A stretch of 64,000 nt of DNA from Octopus sinensis (lineage: Eukaryota), in assembly GCF_006345805.1 (NCBI RefSeq), contig NC_043023.1:15004001-15068000 (forward strand). Direction: 5' to 3'. A program made the translations under genes and the position numbers. Position 1 is the first letter of the stretch, and every line of letters begins with the position of its first letter. The notes under the pieces are model-generated. The model searched no databases, was not told the origin of the DNA, and saw only the letters and a program-made list of their open reading frames with translations. Positions 12,315 to 25,274 of this stretch are shown here, in pieces.

Positions 12315-12350
12315 CTTTCTGTTGAAGAGCGTAGGCTCGAAACGTAAAAG
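12315..12350 (+). ncRNA. minimal hammerhead-like variant in a repeat tail
   Basis: CTTT-CTGTTGAA-GAGC(GTAG)GCTC-GAAACGTA-AAAG; core deviates (A6>U, extra A). Confidence 0.35.
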
Positions 12351-12557
12351 ACTTCCTCACTTTTCCGAGGGTCAAACTAATACACCAGCTTTTTGTTTAT
12401 GCGATTCGTCACTCGCACGCACCATCTTTGCAACATTCACCCATCTTTTTTTTAATCTTTCGCGAGACAAAACTTCCCTCTCCATTCTCACCTTCCTTTT
12501 CAAGTGGTACTTGAAAAAGTTGATGAGCGATTGGCCAGGTAGATAGATAGATAGATG

Positions 12558-12639
<82 letters not shown>

Positions 12640-12667
12640 TGGCAGACAGACAGACAGACAGACAGAC

Positions 12668-12725
<58 letters not shown>

Positions 12726-12799
12726 GCAGAGGTGGGGATTAAGAGGAAGGGCATACGAAGGAGTAGTGAGGAATTAGAGTAAGACCAAACCCAAAAGTG

Positions 12800-12930
12800 A
12801 ATAAGGCGATTGGTAGATAATTATATCAACCAATGAGAAGTGAAGCTGAACGGTGATGACGTCATCACTTATACAGGAAGTGTGTTGTGAACTGGGAAAG
12901 ACAGATGGCTTTTGTGAAACGACCAATCAT
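12800..12930. promoter_or_regulatory. CCAAT/CRE/ETS motif cluster
   Basis: ATTGG 12809, CCAAT 12830 and 12923, perfect 16-bp palindrome GTGATGACGTCATCAC 12853-12868 (CRE core), CAGGAAGTG just after. Confidence 0.4.
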
Positions 12931-12984
12931 CATCATTAAATACATCTACGACAAGAAAAATAGCCAAAAGGAAAAATCTTTTAT

Positions 12985-13829
12985 CTCTTACTAGTTTCGG
13001 TCTTCGGACTGCGGCCATGCTGGAGTACCGACTTCAGGAGTTTTTGTTAAACGAATGGACCCCAGAACTTTTTTTAAGCCTTGTACTCATTCTGTCGCTT
13101 CATTATGTCGAACCGCTAGGTTATGGAGACGTAAACGTACCAACACCGGGTGCCAAGGCGGTACTGTGGGACACACATAAACACGTGTTTCTATATATAC
13201 AACGGGATTCTTTCAGTTTCCGTCCACCGAATACCCTCAGAGGGCTTTGGTCGGCCTGTGAGTATTGTAGGCCATGCTGGAGTACCGACTTCAGGAGTTT
13301 TTGTTAAACGAATGGACCCCAGAACTTTTTTTAAGCCTTGTACTCATTCTGTCGCTTCATTATGTCGAACCGCTAGGTTATGGAGACGTAAACGTACCAA
13401 CACCGGCTGCCAAGGCGGTACTGTGGGACAAATAGAGACACAAGCACGCAAACACACTTACACACATAAACACGTACGCGCGCGCACGCACACACGCATA
13501 CATCTTTCTATATATATACAACGGGATTCTTTCAGTTTCCGTCCACCGAATTCTGTCGCTTCATTATGTCGAACCGCTAAGTTATGGAGACGTAAACGTA
13601 CCAACACCGGGTGCCAAGCGGTACTGTGGGACAAATAGAGACACAACACACAGACACACATACACACATATATACACGTGCGCGCACTCACACACGCATA
13701 CATCTTTCTATATATACAACGGGATTCTTTCAGTTTCCGTCCACCGAATACCCTCAGAGGGCTTTGGTCGGCCTGTGAGTATTGTAGGCGACGGCTGCCC
13801 AAGGTGCCACGCATAGGGACTGAACCCAG
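12985..13829 (-). mobile_element. diverged SINE family A variant with internal triplication
   Basis: segment 'attctgtcgcttcattatgtcgaaccgcta...' occurs three times with rearranged junctions. Confidence 0.7.
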
Positions 13830-13966
13830 TACTCCAATATGGGTCTCACCAGTGTGACATAGAGCGGTAGGAATATGGCTGCTGTGAGCATTCTTGTTTA
13901 GATATTGGCTCATCCGGGATCTCGGCGAGCCAGCGGTCAAGTTCATGTTTGAAAACGTCTACATCC

Positions 13967-14736
13967 TATTTCTATATTGCCCACAAGGGGCTAAACACAG
14001 AGCGGACAAACAAGGACAGACATAGGTATTAAGTCGATTACATCGACCCCAGTGCGTAACTGGTACTTAATTTATCGACCCTGAAAGGATGAAAGGCAAA
14101 GTCGACCTCGGCGGAATTTGAACCAAGAATGTAAAGGCAGACGAAATACCTATTTCTTTACTACCCACAGGGGGCTAAACACAGAGGGGACAAACAAGGA
14201 CAGACATAGGTATTAAGTCGACTACATCGACCCCAGTGCGTAACTGGTACTTAATTTATCGACCCCGAAAGGATGAAAGGCAAAGTCGACCTCGGCGGAA
14301 TTTGAACTCTGAATGTAACGGCAGACGAAATACCTATTTCTTTACTACCCACAGGGGGCTAAACACAGAGGGGACAAACAAGGACAGACATAGGTATTAA
14401 GTCGATTACATCGACCCCAGTGCGTAACTGGTACTTAATTTATCGACCCCGAAAGAATGAAAGGCAAAGTCAACCTCGGCGGAATTTGAACTCACAACGT
14501 AACGACAGACGAAATACCTATTTCTTTACTACCCACAAGGGGCTAAACATAGAGGGGACAAACAAGGACAGACAAACGGATTAAGTCGATTACATCGACT
14601 CCAGTGCGTAACTGGTACTTATTTATCGCCCCGAAAGGATGAAAGGCAAAGTCGACCTCGGCGGATTTGAACTCACAACATAACGCAGACGAAATACCGC
14701 TAAGCATTTCGCCCGGCGTGCTAACATTTCTATCCA
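13967..14736 (-). mobile_element. SINE family B multimer (head + 4 x ~184-bp body)
   Basis: periodic 'ggggctaaacacagag...gaaatacc' units; head 'gctaagcatttcgcccggcgtgctaac'. Confidence 0.85.
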
Positions 14737-14887
14737 CTCAATGGAGGCTCCTCAGATAATTCGGCAGACAGTTAAACATCTGTGGGCCCTTGAAACCCAA
14801 GCTATTGCAGTACATCGTCCTTGCCCGAGATGAAGCAGTCGGCACAATGGGGACAGCACAGTGACGTCCTGCTCGTGGTCTGGTATA

Positions 14888-15297
14888 GGCGGCGAGCTGG
14901 CAGAAACGTTAGCACGCCGGGCGAAATGCTTAGCGGTATTTCGTCTGCGTTACGTTGTGAGTTCAAATTCCGCCGAGGTCGACTTTGCCTTTCATCCTTT
15001 CGGGGTCAATAAATTAAGTACCAGTTACGCACTGGGGTCGATGTAATCGACTTTATACCTATGTCTGTCCTTGTTTGTCCCCTCTGTGTTTAGCCCCTTG
15101 TGGGTAATAAAGAAATAGGTATTTCGTCTGCCTTTACATTCTTGGTTCAAATTCCGCCGAGGTCGACTTTGCCTTTCATCCTTTCGGGGTCGATATGTTA
15201 AGTACCAGTTTCGCACTGGGGTCGATGTAATCGACTTAATACCTATGTCTGTCCTTGTTTGTCCCCTCTGGTGGGTAATAAAGAAATAGGTATAGCT
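14888..15297 (+). mobile_element. SINE family B dimer with short TSD GGTATAG
   Basis: head GGCGGCGAGCTGGCAGAAACG plus two bodies; GGTATAG on both sides. Confidence 0.8.
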
Positions 15298-15341
15298 CTT
15301 TATTCCAAAGTTTGGTACCAGTCCTTCCAGTATCTTCCATA

Positions 15342-15504
15342 TAGGCGTAGGAGTGGCTGTGTGGTAAGTAGCTTGCTTACGAACTACATGGTTCCGGGTT
15401 CAGTCCCACTGCGTGGCACCTTGGGCAAGTGTCTTCTACTATAGCCTCGGGCCGACCAAAGCCTTGTGAGTGGATTTGGAAAGAAGCCCGTCGTATTATG
15501 TATG

Positions 15505-15541
<37 letters not shown>

Positions 15542-15776
15542 ATTATATATATATATGATATGTGTGTGTGTATGTTTGTGTGTCGTGTGTGTCGTCCCCC
15601 AACATCTCTTGACAACCAACGTTGGTTTGTTTACATCCCCGTAACTTAGCGGTTCGGCAAAAATGACCGATAGAATAAGTACTATGCTTACAAAGAATAA
15701 GTCCCGGGGTTGATTTGCTCTCGACTAAATGCGGTACTCCAGCATGGCCACAGTCAAATGACTGAAACAGGGAATA
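15342..15776 (+). mobile_element. SINE family A inserted in the CR1 relic
   Basis: same head/body; flanks are CR1 RT coding sequence. Confidence 0.85.
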
Positions 15777-16152
15777 GAGTCGCAGCTCTTTCAATCTGTC
15801 CCAGTAATTCAATCGTTTCATTGATGCAACTTCCTTTGTGTAATGTCGTTGGACTGTTTCAAGCTTTGCTATCGTCCTTGTAGTATAAGGCGACCATAGC
15901 TGAGAGCAGTAGTCCAGGCGGCTGAGGATAAATGACTTCCATAGTGTCATCATAGTTTCTTGGTCCCTTGTCCGGAAGGTTCTCAGAACCCAACAAGCCA
16001 TTCTTCTGGATACTGCTGCCATTTTGTTGATATGTGTGTGAAATGAGTCATTGTGGCTCATTTATATTCCAAGATCACGTATCGTATTTGGTTCTGGGAT
16101 CGTTGCGCCACTTGGTCCAACGTACTGATGTCGTGATTCCTATCGATAAAAA

Positions 16153-16660
16153 CTAGCAGTATCGCCCGGCGTTGCTCGGGTTTGTAAGGGAAATAACTAT
16201 ATAAGCATTTTTAGTGAGTTATAGCAAAAAAATGCATTAAAAATGGAATAAAAAATGATGGTAATTTTGGTGTCTTCAAGCCATGAAGTCGTTGTTCTAA
16301 AAGAACGCTGGTCTCCTTGACAATGCTTTACGACGTTGATTTCCTTACACTCCCTTCCCCACAGCTTCACGAGGGAGGGAAGAAGGGGGAGAAGCAAACA
16401 GGTGCAGGTTGACCATGGACGCCAACTCCGCCGCCATCGACACACGAAAAAATATGCATTAAAATGGAATAAAAAAAATGATGTTAAATTATTTTTAAAA
16501 TCGTAGATTCATCGTAGACGCGCGCTAATACCCAGACGGGCTCGATATGAATCACGACTATAAGATACCCGAATTTGGTTAAACTGCACCGCAAAATGTG
16601 GGAGTAGTTAGGAATCTAAATCGAAGGGGACAGACACTCACACAACTACAGTTTTATATA
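16153..16660 (-). mobile_element. Helitron-like element sharing the 3' ~120 bp with 5295-5676 but with a different interior
   Basis: identical hairpin+CTAG end. Confidence 0.65.
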
Positions 16661-16698
16661 CAAAAATTTGTGCTAACACAGGCGTGGTTGTGTGGTAA

Positions 16699-17107
16699 GA
16701 AGCTGGCAGAAACGTTAGGACGCCGGGCGAAATGCGTAGCCGTATTTCGTCTGCCGTTACGTTCTGAGTTCAAATTCCGCCGAGGTCGACTTTGCCTTTC
16801 ATCCTTGCGGGGTCGATAAATTAAGTACCAGTTTCGCACTGGGGTCGATGTAATCGACTCAATCCCTTTGTCTGTCCTTGTTTGTCCCCTCTATGTTTAG
16901 CCCCTTGTGGGTAGTAAAGAAATATGTATTTCGTCTGTCGTTACGTTCTGAGTTCAAATTCCGCCGCGGTCGACTTTGCCTTTCATCCTTGCGGGGTCGA
17001 TAAATTAAGTACCAGTTTCGCACTGGGGTTGATGTAATCGACTTAATTCCTTTGTCTGTCTTGTTTGTCCCCTCTGTGTTTAGCCCCTTGTGGGTAGTAA
17101 AGAAATA
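16699..17107 (+). mobile_element. SINE family B dimer
   Basis: head plus two bodies. Confidence 0.8.
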
Positions 17108-17893
17108 TATATTCCAAGATCACGCATCGTATTTGATTCTGGGATCGTTGCTCCACTTGGTCCAACGTACTGATGTCATGATTGCTGTATACAAAAATTA
17201 GTGCTAACACAGGCGTGGTTGTGTGGCAAGAAGCTTGCTCCCCAAAAACATGGTTCTAGGTTCAGCGTTGAACCATGGGCAACTGTCTTCTGCTATAGCC
17301 CCGGGCCGATCGCGAAAAGTTTTTTCCGACGAGAGTTCCGGACCCATCCTCCATCCGATTGCGCTTAAATTTGATATGTAGATACCAACGGTATCAGGGC
17401 GTGTATAAGTCTTGAAAAAATTACAAAAATCGATTCCAGGTGAGAATGCGATCGATAACGCCGTTTTTGTCCTGCTTTTCTTCCGTCAATCAGTACATAA
17501 CTGAACCTTCCATTTTTTGTTGTTTTTGTACTGCTTAAAGGCACGTTTCTTTCCTGCCAAGCTTACCGTTTAAACCATGTTTGTGTTCTCCCAGTCAACA
17601 GCCTTATCATTACTGGTACTTTAAACTCTTCGGTTGCATATTTGTGTGAATAAAATCGTTTTTCTTTGGAATAGAAAAAAAGTCTATCAATATATATGTA
17701 TATTTACCACGCTGAACGAAATGCTTAGAGGTATATCGCCCGTCGCTACGTTCTGAGTTCAAATTCCATTGAGGTCGACTTTGCCTTTCAACCTTTCGGG
17801 GTCGATTAAACAAGTACCAGTTACGCCCTGGGTCGATGCAATCGACTTAATTCCATCCCCCAAATTTGAGGCCTTGTACTTCCAGTAGAAAGG

Positions 17894-17933
<40 letters not shown>

Positions 17934-18227
17934 CACACATACACACACAGACACACACATGTGCACGGGTGTGTCTGTGTGCATGTACATGCATGTTGAT
18001 CTCACGGGATGCGAAGGTCTCTGTGTTTGGTGCAAAGAAAGAGAGCAATGGCGCTCGTTGGATATTAGCCATTTTCAAGCAGACGGCGTCTATCAATTGA
18101 ACAACGCAGACGACATTTGAAAATGGTATTGATTTCTTTGATACTGCCCTCTGTGGGGAACAACAATGTACGAAATAGCAATTTCTTATGATTGAAGACG
18201 ATTTCGGTACATTTCTGTGAAGCACAC

Positions 18228-18432
18228 AAACATACATACATACATACATACATACTACATACATACATACATACATACATACATACATACGTACGTGCGT
18301 ACGTACGTACGTGCGTACGTACGTACATACATACATGCATGCATACATACATACATACATATACATACATACACACATACATACATGCATGCATGCATAC
18401 ATACATAAATGAATACATACATACATAAATGA

Positions 18433-18463
<31 letters not shown>

Positions 18464-19228
18464 CATACATAAATGAATACATACATACATACATACATAC
18501 ATACACACATACATACGTATACACATACGTACATACATACATACACACATACATGCATAAATTATACATTCATAATACATACATATATACATACATACAT
18601 ACGTACGTGCGTACGTACGTACCATACATATACATGCATGCATACATACATACATACATACATCATACATACACACATACTACATGATGCATGCATACAT
18701 ACATAAATGATACATACATACATAAATGAATACATAATACATACATACATACATAATATAGAATACATAATACATACAGACATACATACATACATACATA
18801 CCACACATACATACGTATACATAGTACACAAACTACATACATACACACTACATGCATACATTTATACCTACATATATACATACATATATACATACATATA
18901 TACATACATACATACGTACGTACACTCATTCACACAAAAAACTTACTAAATATGTGTGTGTGTGTGTGTGTGTGTGTACTCTGTATATACACATGCACGC
19001 GCATGTGTGTGTGTGTAAAAATATATATATGTATTTATGTATGAATACACATAACACACACACACACCACACCACATACACATTGATACATAGATATACC
19101 ATGTACCTATGTGTCTCTATATATAGATATATATATATATATATATAGTAGGTATAGACAAAAAACAGGCACATATTTTCAAACATGGATACAAACTCAT
19201 CAAATACACTTGTGTTGAGTGGCGTATA

Positions 19229-19287
<59 letters not shown>

Positions 19288-19452
19288 CACTAATATATGT
19301 GTGTGTATGTGTGTTTATGTGTGTGTGGGTGCGTGCGTGTGTAACAGTTTATGCGTAGATGTCAAAAAAGCATGCTGGCTCCAAACATTTCTTATGTATC
19401 CACACTATATTCGTATGCGTATGTGTATAAATATATATATATGTTAATATAT

Positions 19453-19483
<31 letters not shown>

Positions 19484-19497
19484 ATAGTATATTATAT

Positions 19498-19529
<32 letters not shown>

Positions 19530-19630
19530 GGTGTGTGTATATTATATATTATATATCTATATATATATATATATATATAAACATATACAAACACACACAT
19601 ATATATATGTATATGTATATATATATTTAC

Positions 19631-19677
<47 letters not shown>

Positions 19678-20051
19678 GTATATATTATATATATGTGTGT
19701 GTATGTGTGTATTTATGAGAGCTGTAACTAAGTTTGTAAACACCTAATGTACACACACATACGTGCACTCAATAATGAACTAACAGATTGACAGAGACAC
19801 GCGCACATAAGATACATTATATATCGTACGTTAACGTGTGCAGATATATATATATATATATATATTTATATACTAATGAATAGTTGCATATCCATTGATT
19901 ACCTTAAATGATAAGTTGGCGCGTATGCGTATGTGTGTGTATGTATGTAGTTACATGGGCATTTATCCGTGTACGAGTGTGTGTGTATGTATATATGACT
20001 ATATATATAAACACTATATAAAAATAGAGATATATTCGTAGCTATACACAT

Positions 20052-20088
<37 letters not shown>

Positions 20089-21094
20089 TTTGCTCAAAGT
20101 TGTTGCCATGCCGGGACAACTTTCTGTGTGTGTATATATGTATGTGTATATGTTTGTGTGTATGTTAGGTGGCTTTGAGTGTGTATGTATATATATATAT
20201 ATAATATATATATATATTATATGTATATATACTTATAGATATAGCTACTCACACACACACATAGATACATATACATTTATATTTATGTATGTATATATAT
20301 CTATATTTGTAAATACACACACACACACACATATATATATAAGTATGTATGTATATGTATATATGTATATATGCATATATACATAAATGTTACAGAAATT
20401 TGTAAACACGCACACATGCACATACGAGTGTGTATATATATCTGTATGCTTATATACATACAACTACATATACATGCAGATATCTAAATAAACAGGCGGT
20501 CGGACACGCACACACCTACACTCACACACACACACACCACACACAGATACACACACACACAGAGATACACACACACACAGATACACACATTCATCCAAAC
20601 ACACATACACACACACACGCACACACCTACACACACACACACACCCACACACACACATTCATCCAAACACACACACACACACGCACACACCTACACTCAC
20701 ACACCTACACTCACACACACACATACACACAGATACACACATTCATCCAAACACACATACACACACACGCACACACACCTACACTCACACACACACACAC
20801 ACACATACACACACACACACAGATACACACACTCATCCAAACACACATATACACATGCAAACCTCTCCGTTATTAAATAGATGCAATGGCGTCAATTGAA
20901 TTCAGCAGACGCAACTTATCAATTGCACTGAAAGATTTTATTTGACATGTTTTTTTTGTTGTTTTGGCTGTTGGTCTTTTTTTACTTTTGTGTTTCCGAC
21001 ATTGTTTTGTAGTGTCTTCTGCTACTACTCTGGCATCAAGACATAGATGTGTGGGTGATGTCAGGAGGTGCGTGGGTGTGGATGTGTCTATGGG

Positions 21095-21128
<34 letters not shown>

Positions 21129-21207
21129 GCATATATACGTTTGTATACATAGATATATGTGTGTGTATGTGTGTGTGTATATATATGAATGTATGTTTGT
21201 ACATATA

Positions 21208-21255
<48 letters not shown>

Positions 21256-21389
21256 GTTGTGTGTGTGTGTGTTGTATCTATACATGTTGGTGTAATATAT
21301 ATGTGTGTATGTATATATATATATATATATATATTATGCATGTATGTTTGCACACACACACACACACACACACAAACACATATATATAT

Positions 21390-21420
<31 letters not shown>

Positions 21421-21584
21421 CACATACATATATAGAGAGTGATATATATACATACATACATACACACATATTCACGTAGGTATGTATGTAGACAGATCGA
21501 TAGATAGGTAGATAGATTAACATACAAAGAGAGAGACAGCTGGATAAATAGATATACAGATAGATACATAGATAGATAGACAGG

Positions 21585-21653
<69 letters not shown>

Positions 21654-21790
21654 TGACAGATAGATAGATAGATAGACAGACAGGTAGGTAGGTAGATAGA
21701 AAGATAGACAGACAGACAGATTATGCATAGATACGCACGCACACACACACACATTTATATAAAATATATATATGAAACAAGGTGGAAAAA
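18228..21790. repeat. field of CATA, TA, CA and GATA microsatellites
   Basis: direct inspection; short unique islands interspersed. Confidence 0.9.
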
Positions 21791-22036
21791 AGAGTACTCA
21801 AATACCAGTGGTAGAGTAATATGCTTTAAATAAAGTATAAAATATATATATATCAACATATCTATATCTTTCTAGCTATTCATCTATGTATGTGTTTGTG
21901 TGTATGCATGTATATCTGGTTAATATGTTACCATAGGTTTCGCATCGAATATTACTATCTCTTTCTACATGATGTCAGTAAAGACAGTCACTTCAGCTCC
22001 GCAGTACATACAGTTTACTTTTATTCGATGGAACGA

Positions 22037-22735
22037 AATTTTAGACTTAGTTAGTTAGGCTTTGAACAAAGCGGTCGTCGGCATCTTCACCATCTCGTCT
22101 GGCAGCTTGTTCCACGGATCCGCAACCCGGACGGGGAAAGCTCCTCTCCTTCGATTGAGATGAAATCGTCGCAGGTAGAGCTTTTCGGAATGACCCCGCA
22201 GCCGACGCTCTGGAGCAGGAGTGAAGAACAGCTCTTTCGAGAGGTTACACTTTCCGCTTATGATGTTGTGGGCGAGAATGAGATCACCACGGCGGTGGCG
22301 TTTTTCAAGAGAATAAAGGTCGAGCGTCCTCAGCCTTTCTTCGTAGGACAAATTTTTGAGACCATGAACCATGCGGGTAGCCAGCTTCTGGACTCTTTCG
22401 AGATGCTGTATGTCTTTGAGGAGATAAGGAGAAGAGGCTTGAATCCCATACTCCAATATAGGTCTCACCAGCGTGACATAGAGTGGTAGGAATATGGCTG
22501 CTGTGAGCATTCCGAATGACCGTCGAATCAAGAACCATCAAGTGCATAAGAATGCAGACCTTCCTCAACGTCCAAACAATACCGCCCACAGCTTCTGATT
22601 ACCACGGTATCACATCTGGAGGATTCTCAACCAGGATCAAAGCACTTAAAGCTTGTAAAACAGACGGCTTAAACATTATCCGCAGGCTCAAATTTCGTAA
22701 ATTCTCTAATCCTTTCTTGTGTAAGCCTTAAGAAA
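22037..22735 (-). mobile_element. CR1-clade LINE 3' end (second family)
   Basis: LYVTLVRPILEYG...LERVQKLATR...YEERL..LDLYSLEKR.RRGDLI...RGH..KL...WNKLP; short (CTAA)n-like tail. Confidence 0.85.
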
Positions 22736-22845
22736 CTCAGGTAGGGTTGTGCCTTTTTCAGATAAAACTAAAAACATAAGTAGAATGGATTCCGACGTGT
22801 AGGGGCTGTTCGGGCTAAATTCAACAACTTGCATAAAAGGAAAAG

Positions 22846-22919
<74 letters not shown>

Positions 22920-23210
22920 ACACTCACGCACACATGTCAGGGTTCTCTTAGCATAACGGTACAGTGCGCTCAGCCGGAATTTGAGAGGTGGAGGGCACGG
23001 ATCTCTGTAGAAGCTCGCTGTCCACTATACGAGCAGCCTTGGCAGTGTGGTAAGAAGCTTGCTTTCCAACAACATGGTTCCAGGTTCAGTCCTCTTGCGT
23101 GGCACTAGGACATGAGCCTTTCACTATAGCCTATGGCTAACCAAAGCCTTGTGAGTAGATTTTGTTGATGGAAACTGAAAGTATATATATATATATATAT
23201 ATATATATAC

Positions 23211-23500
23211 TGTGGAGGCGCAATGGCCCAGATGTTATGGCAGTGGACTCGCGGTCGCAGTATCGCGGTTTCGATTCCCAGATCGGACGTTGTGAGTGAT
23301 TATTGAGCGAAAACACGAGGCTCCGGCAGGGGGTGGTGGTGAACCCTGCTGTACTCTTTCGCCACAACTTTCTCTCACTCTTTCTTCTGTTGGCCTGCTC
23401 ACTTAGCCAGCGGGGTGGCGTCACTTGATGGCTAAAACAATGCGAAGCGCATTGTGTCCAGCGATGTGTAGCGACATCTGATAGACTGGTCGGTCACTTG
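23211..23500 (+). mobile_element. SINE family C (tRNA-like head GGAGGCGCAATGGCCCAG)
   Basis: matches 24717-25105, 52343-52650 (minus) and 59815-60867 (minus). Confidence 0.8.
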
Positions 23501-23504
23501 ATAT

Positions 23505-24431
23505 ATATACTACATATGTGGAAAATTCTGTCTGCGGGTGTATTTGTTTGTGAGTTTCTTAGCTAACTCATCCTACATCGTTTTATCGATTTTTATGAAA
23601 CTTGACACGTGAGTAGAACTCATGTCTGGAAACCGAGTGACATACTTAGATTGTTGAAAAAAAAAAAAATCGAAAATAGGTCCCCTGGAAGGGATCCTTA
23701 TATCTACTACATATAAGTAATATATTTCTTTTTAAACTTCCAAAGGAAATAACCCATTCGCACTTGGAAGGGATCCTTAATATAGCCAAGGGAAATAACC
23801 CAATCATCTTCGTAAATTATTTCCTATAAATCAAACTGAGTAAGCTTATTCCTTAGTATTTGAACTGTTAGAGTTATTTTCGCAATTTATCCAGTGCAAC
23901 CCTTAAACAAGTAAATAGTATTTTCCTAAACAATAGATCCACTTACTTCGGTTAATGACATATTCACGAATATACCAACACTAGCGCCGCTGAGGGCAAC
24001 ATTCTCTGGGAATGCAAGAAAGCCCTTTTCAGTGTTATTTACTTTGAAATGTTATTATCTCATATCTGATTAGCCTGTTATTACGTAACATGATTCGCGA
24101 TTTTAGTATACATACCTTTTTAGTATTTTCTCTTATGTTCTATATACTCTGGGAACGTATTAAAGATCTTTTCGGGGCTACTTTATTTGAATTCTAACAA
24201 TTGGCTAACTAATTTCATGTTATTACATAACTGATTTCACAATTTGGGTTTTCATAACTTATTGGGAATTCCTAAAACAAGATCCTGTGTAAGACAGTTC
24301 GGTGCACAAAAAGCGTTTTAAGGGTTATACACTTTGTATTGTTGTTATTGGATTAGCGAAACAATAATGAGAAAGGAACGAAGGGTAAGCCCCGCCCGCT
24401 TTCCCGGGAATTACGGGGTAGTCAGATAGTA
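23505..24431 (+). mobile_element. possible degenerate Helitron-like element
   Basis: 'cgatttttatgaaacttg' type interior and end CCCGGGAATTACGGGG...CAGATAGT (CTAG-like). Confidence 0.35.
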
Positions 24432-24544
24432 TATATATATATTATAATTATTAGGGGATATTACTCCTCCGAATACACAAGAAAAAGACATTCAAATTAG
24501 ATGTACTAAAATGAACATCTCTCAATGTTTAATTCGTATATATA

Positions 24545-24716
24545 TATACTTAGGTGGTTGGGCGAGCAGTTCGGAAACAGACATCAAGATCAGGAAGGTA
24601 CAAGCATGGACAGCCTATAACAAACTAAAGAAAGGTCTGGAACCCCAAATTGCTCAGGCGGAGCAAAATCAAGCTGTTTATTTCAACTGTCGAATCAAAG
24701 CTATTATATGGCAGTG
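24545..24716 (+). pseudogene. RTE-X-like RT C-terminal fragment, frameshifted
   Basis: YLGGWASSSETDIKIRK.QAW.AYNKL / KVWN...KIKLFISTVESKLLYGS; truncated by a SINE. Confidence 0.7.
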
Positions 24717-25105
24717 AAAGGCGCAATGGCCCAGTGGTTAGGGCAGCGGACTCGCGGTCATAGGATCGCAGTTTCGATTCCCAGACCGAGCGTTGTGAGT
24801 GTTTATTGAGCGAAAACACATAAAGCTCCACGAGGCTCCGGCAGGGGATGGTGGTGATCCCTGCTGTACTCTTTCACCACAACTTTCTCTCACTCTTACT
24901 TCCTGTTTCTGTTGTACCTGTATTTCAAAGGGCCGGCCTTGTCACTCTCTGTGTCACGCTGAATATCCCCGAGAACTACGTTAAGGGTACACGTGTCTGT
25001 GGAGTGCTCAGCCACTTACACGTTAATTTCACGAGCAGGCTGTTCTGTTGATTCGGATCAACCGGAACCCTCGTCGTCGTAACCGACGGAGTGCTTCCAT
25101 CCATG
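24717..25105 (+). mobile_element. SINE family C with long 3' domain
   Basis: head as above; the 3' domain recurs inverted at 5135-5290. Confidence 0.8.
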
Positions 25106-25274
25106 GCAGTGAAGCATGGACACTGGGGAAGTAAGTACGAAACTGGCTAAATGGATGCTACACAAGGATGTTACCAATAGCATATGTGAAATGGCAGCAT
25201 CATTCAAGTGTTCAATGTTGCCATCACCTGTAATACGAGCAACATCATTGCGATAAGAGAATTCCTCCCAGACA

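Larger units (their letters stand above)
13894..16140 (-). pseudogene. CR1-clade LINE 3' region split by three SINE insertions
   Basis: pieces read RDLGI...WVLRTFRTRD...SRLDYCSQLWSP...YWDRLKELRLYS / WKILEGLVPNFGI / RPRAGRHC...NSLGFKGPQMFNCLP / DVDVFKHELDRWLAEIPDEP. Confidence 0.8.

Noticed and set aside
22740-23035. Unique-looking pieces beside the CR1 element as exons
   Set aside because: Weak splice sites and unrecognisable translations.
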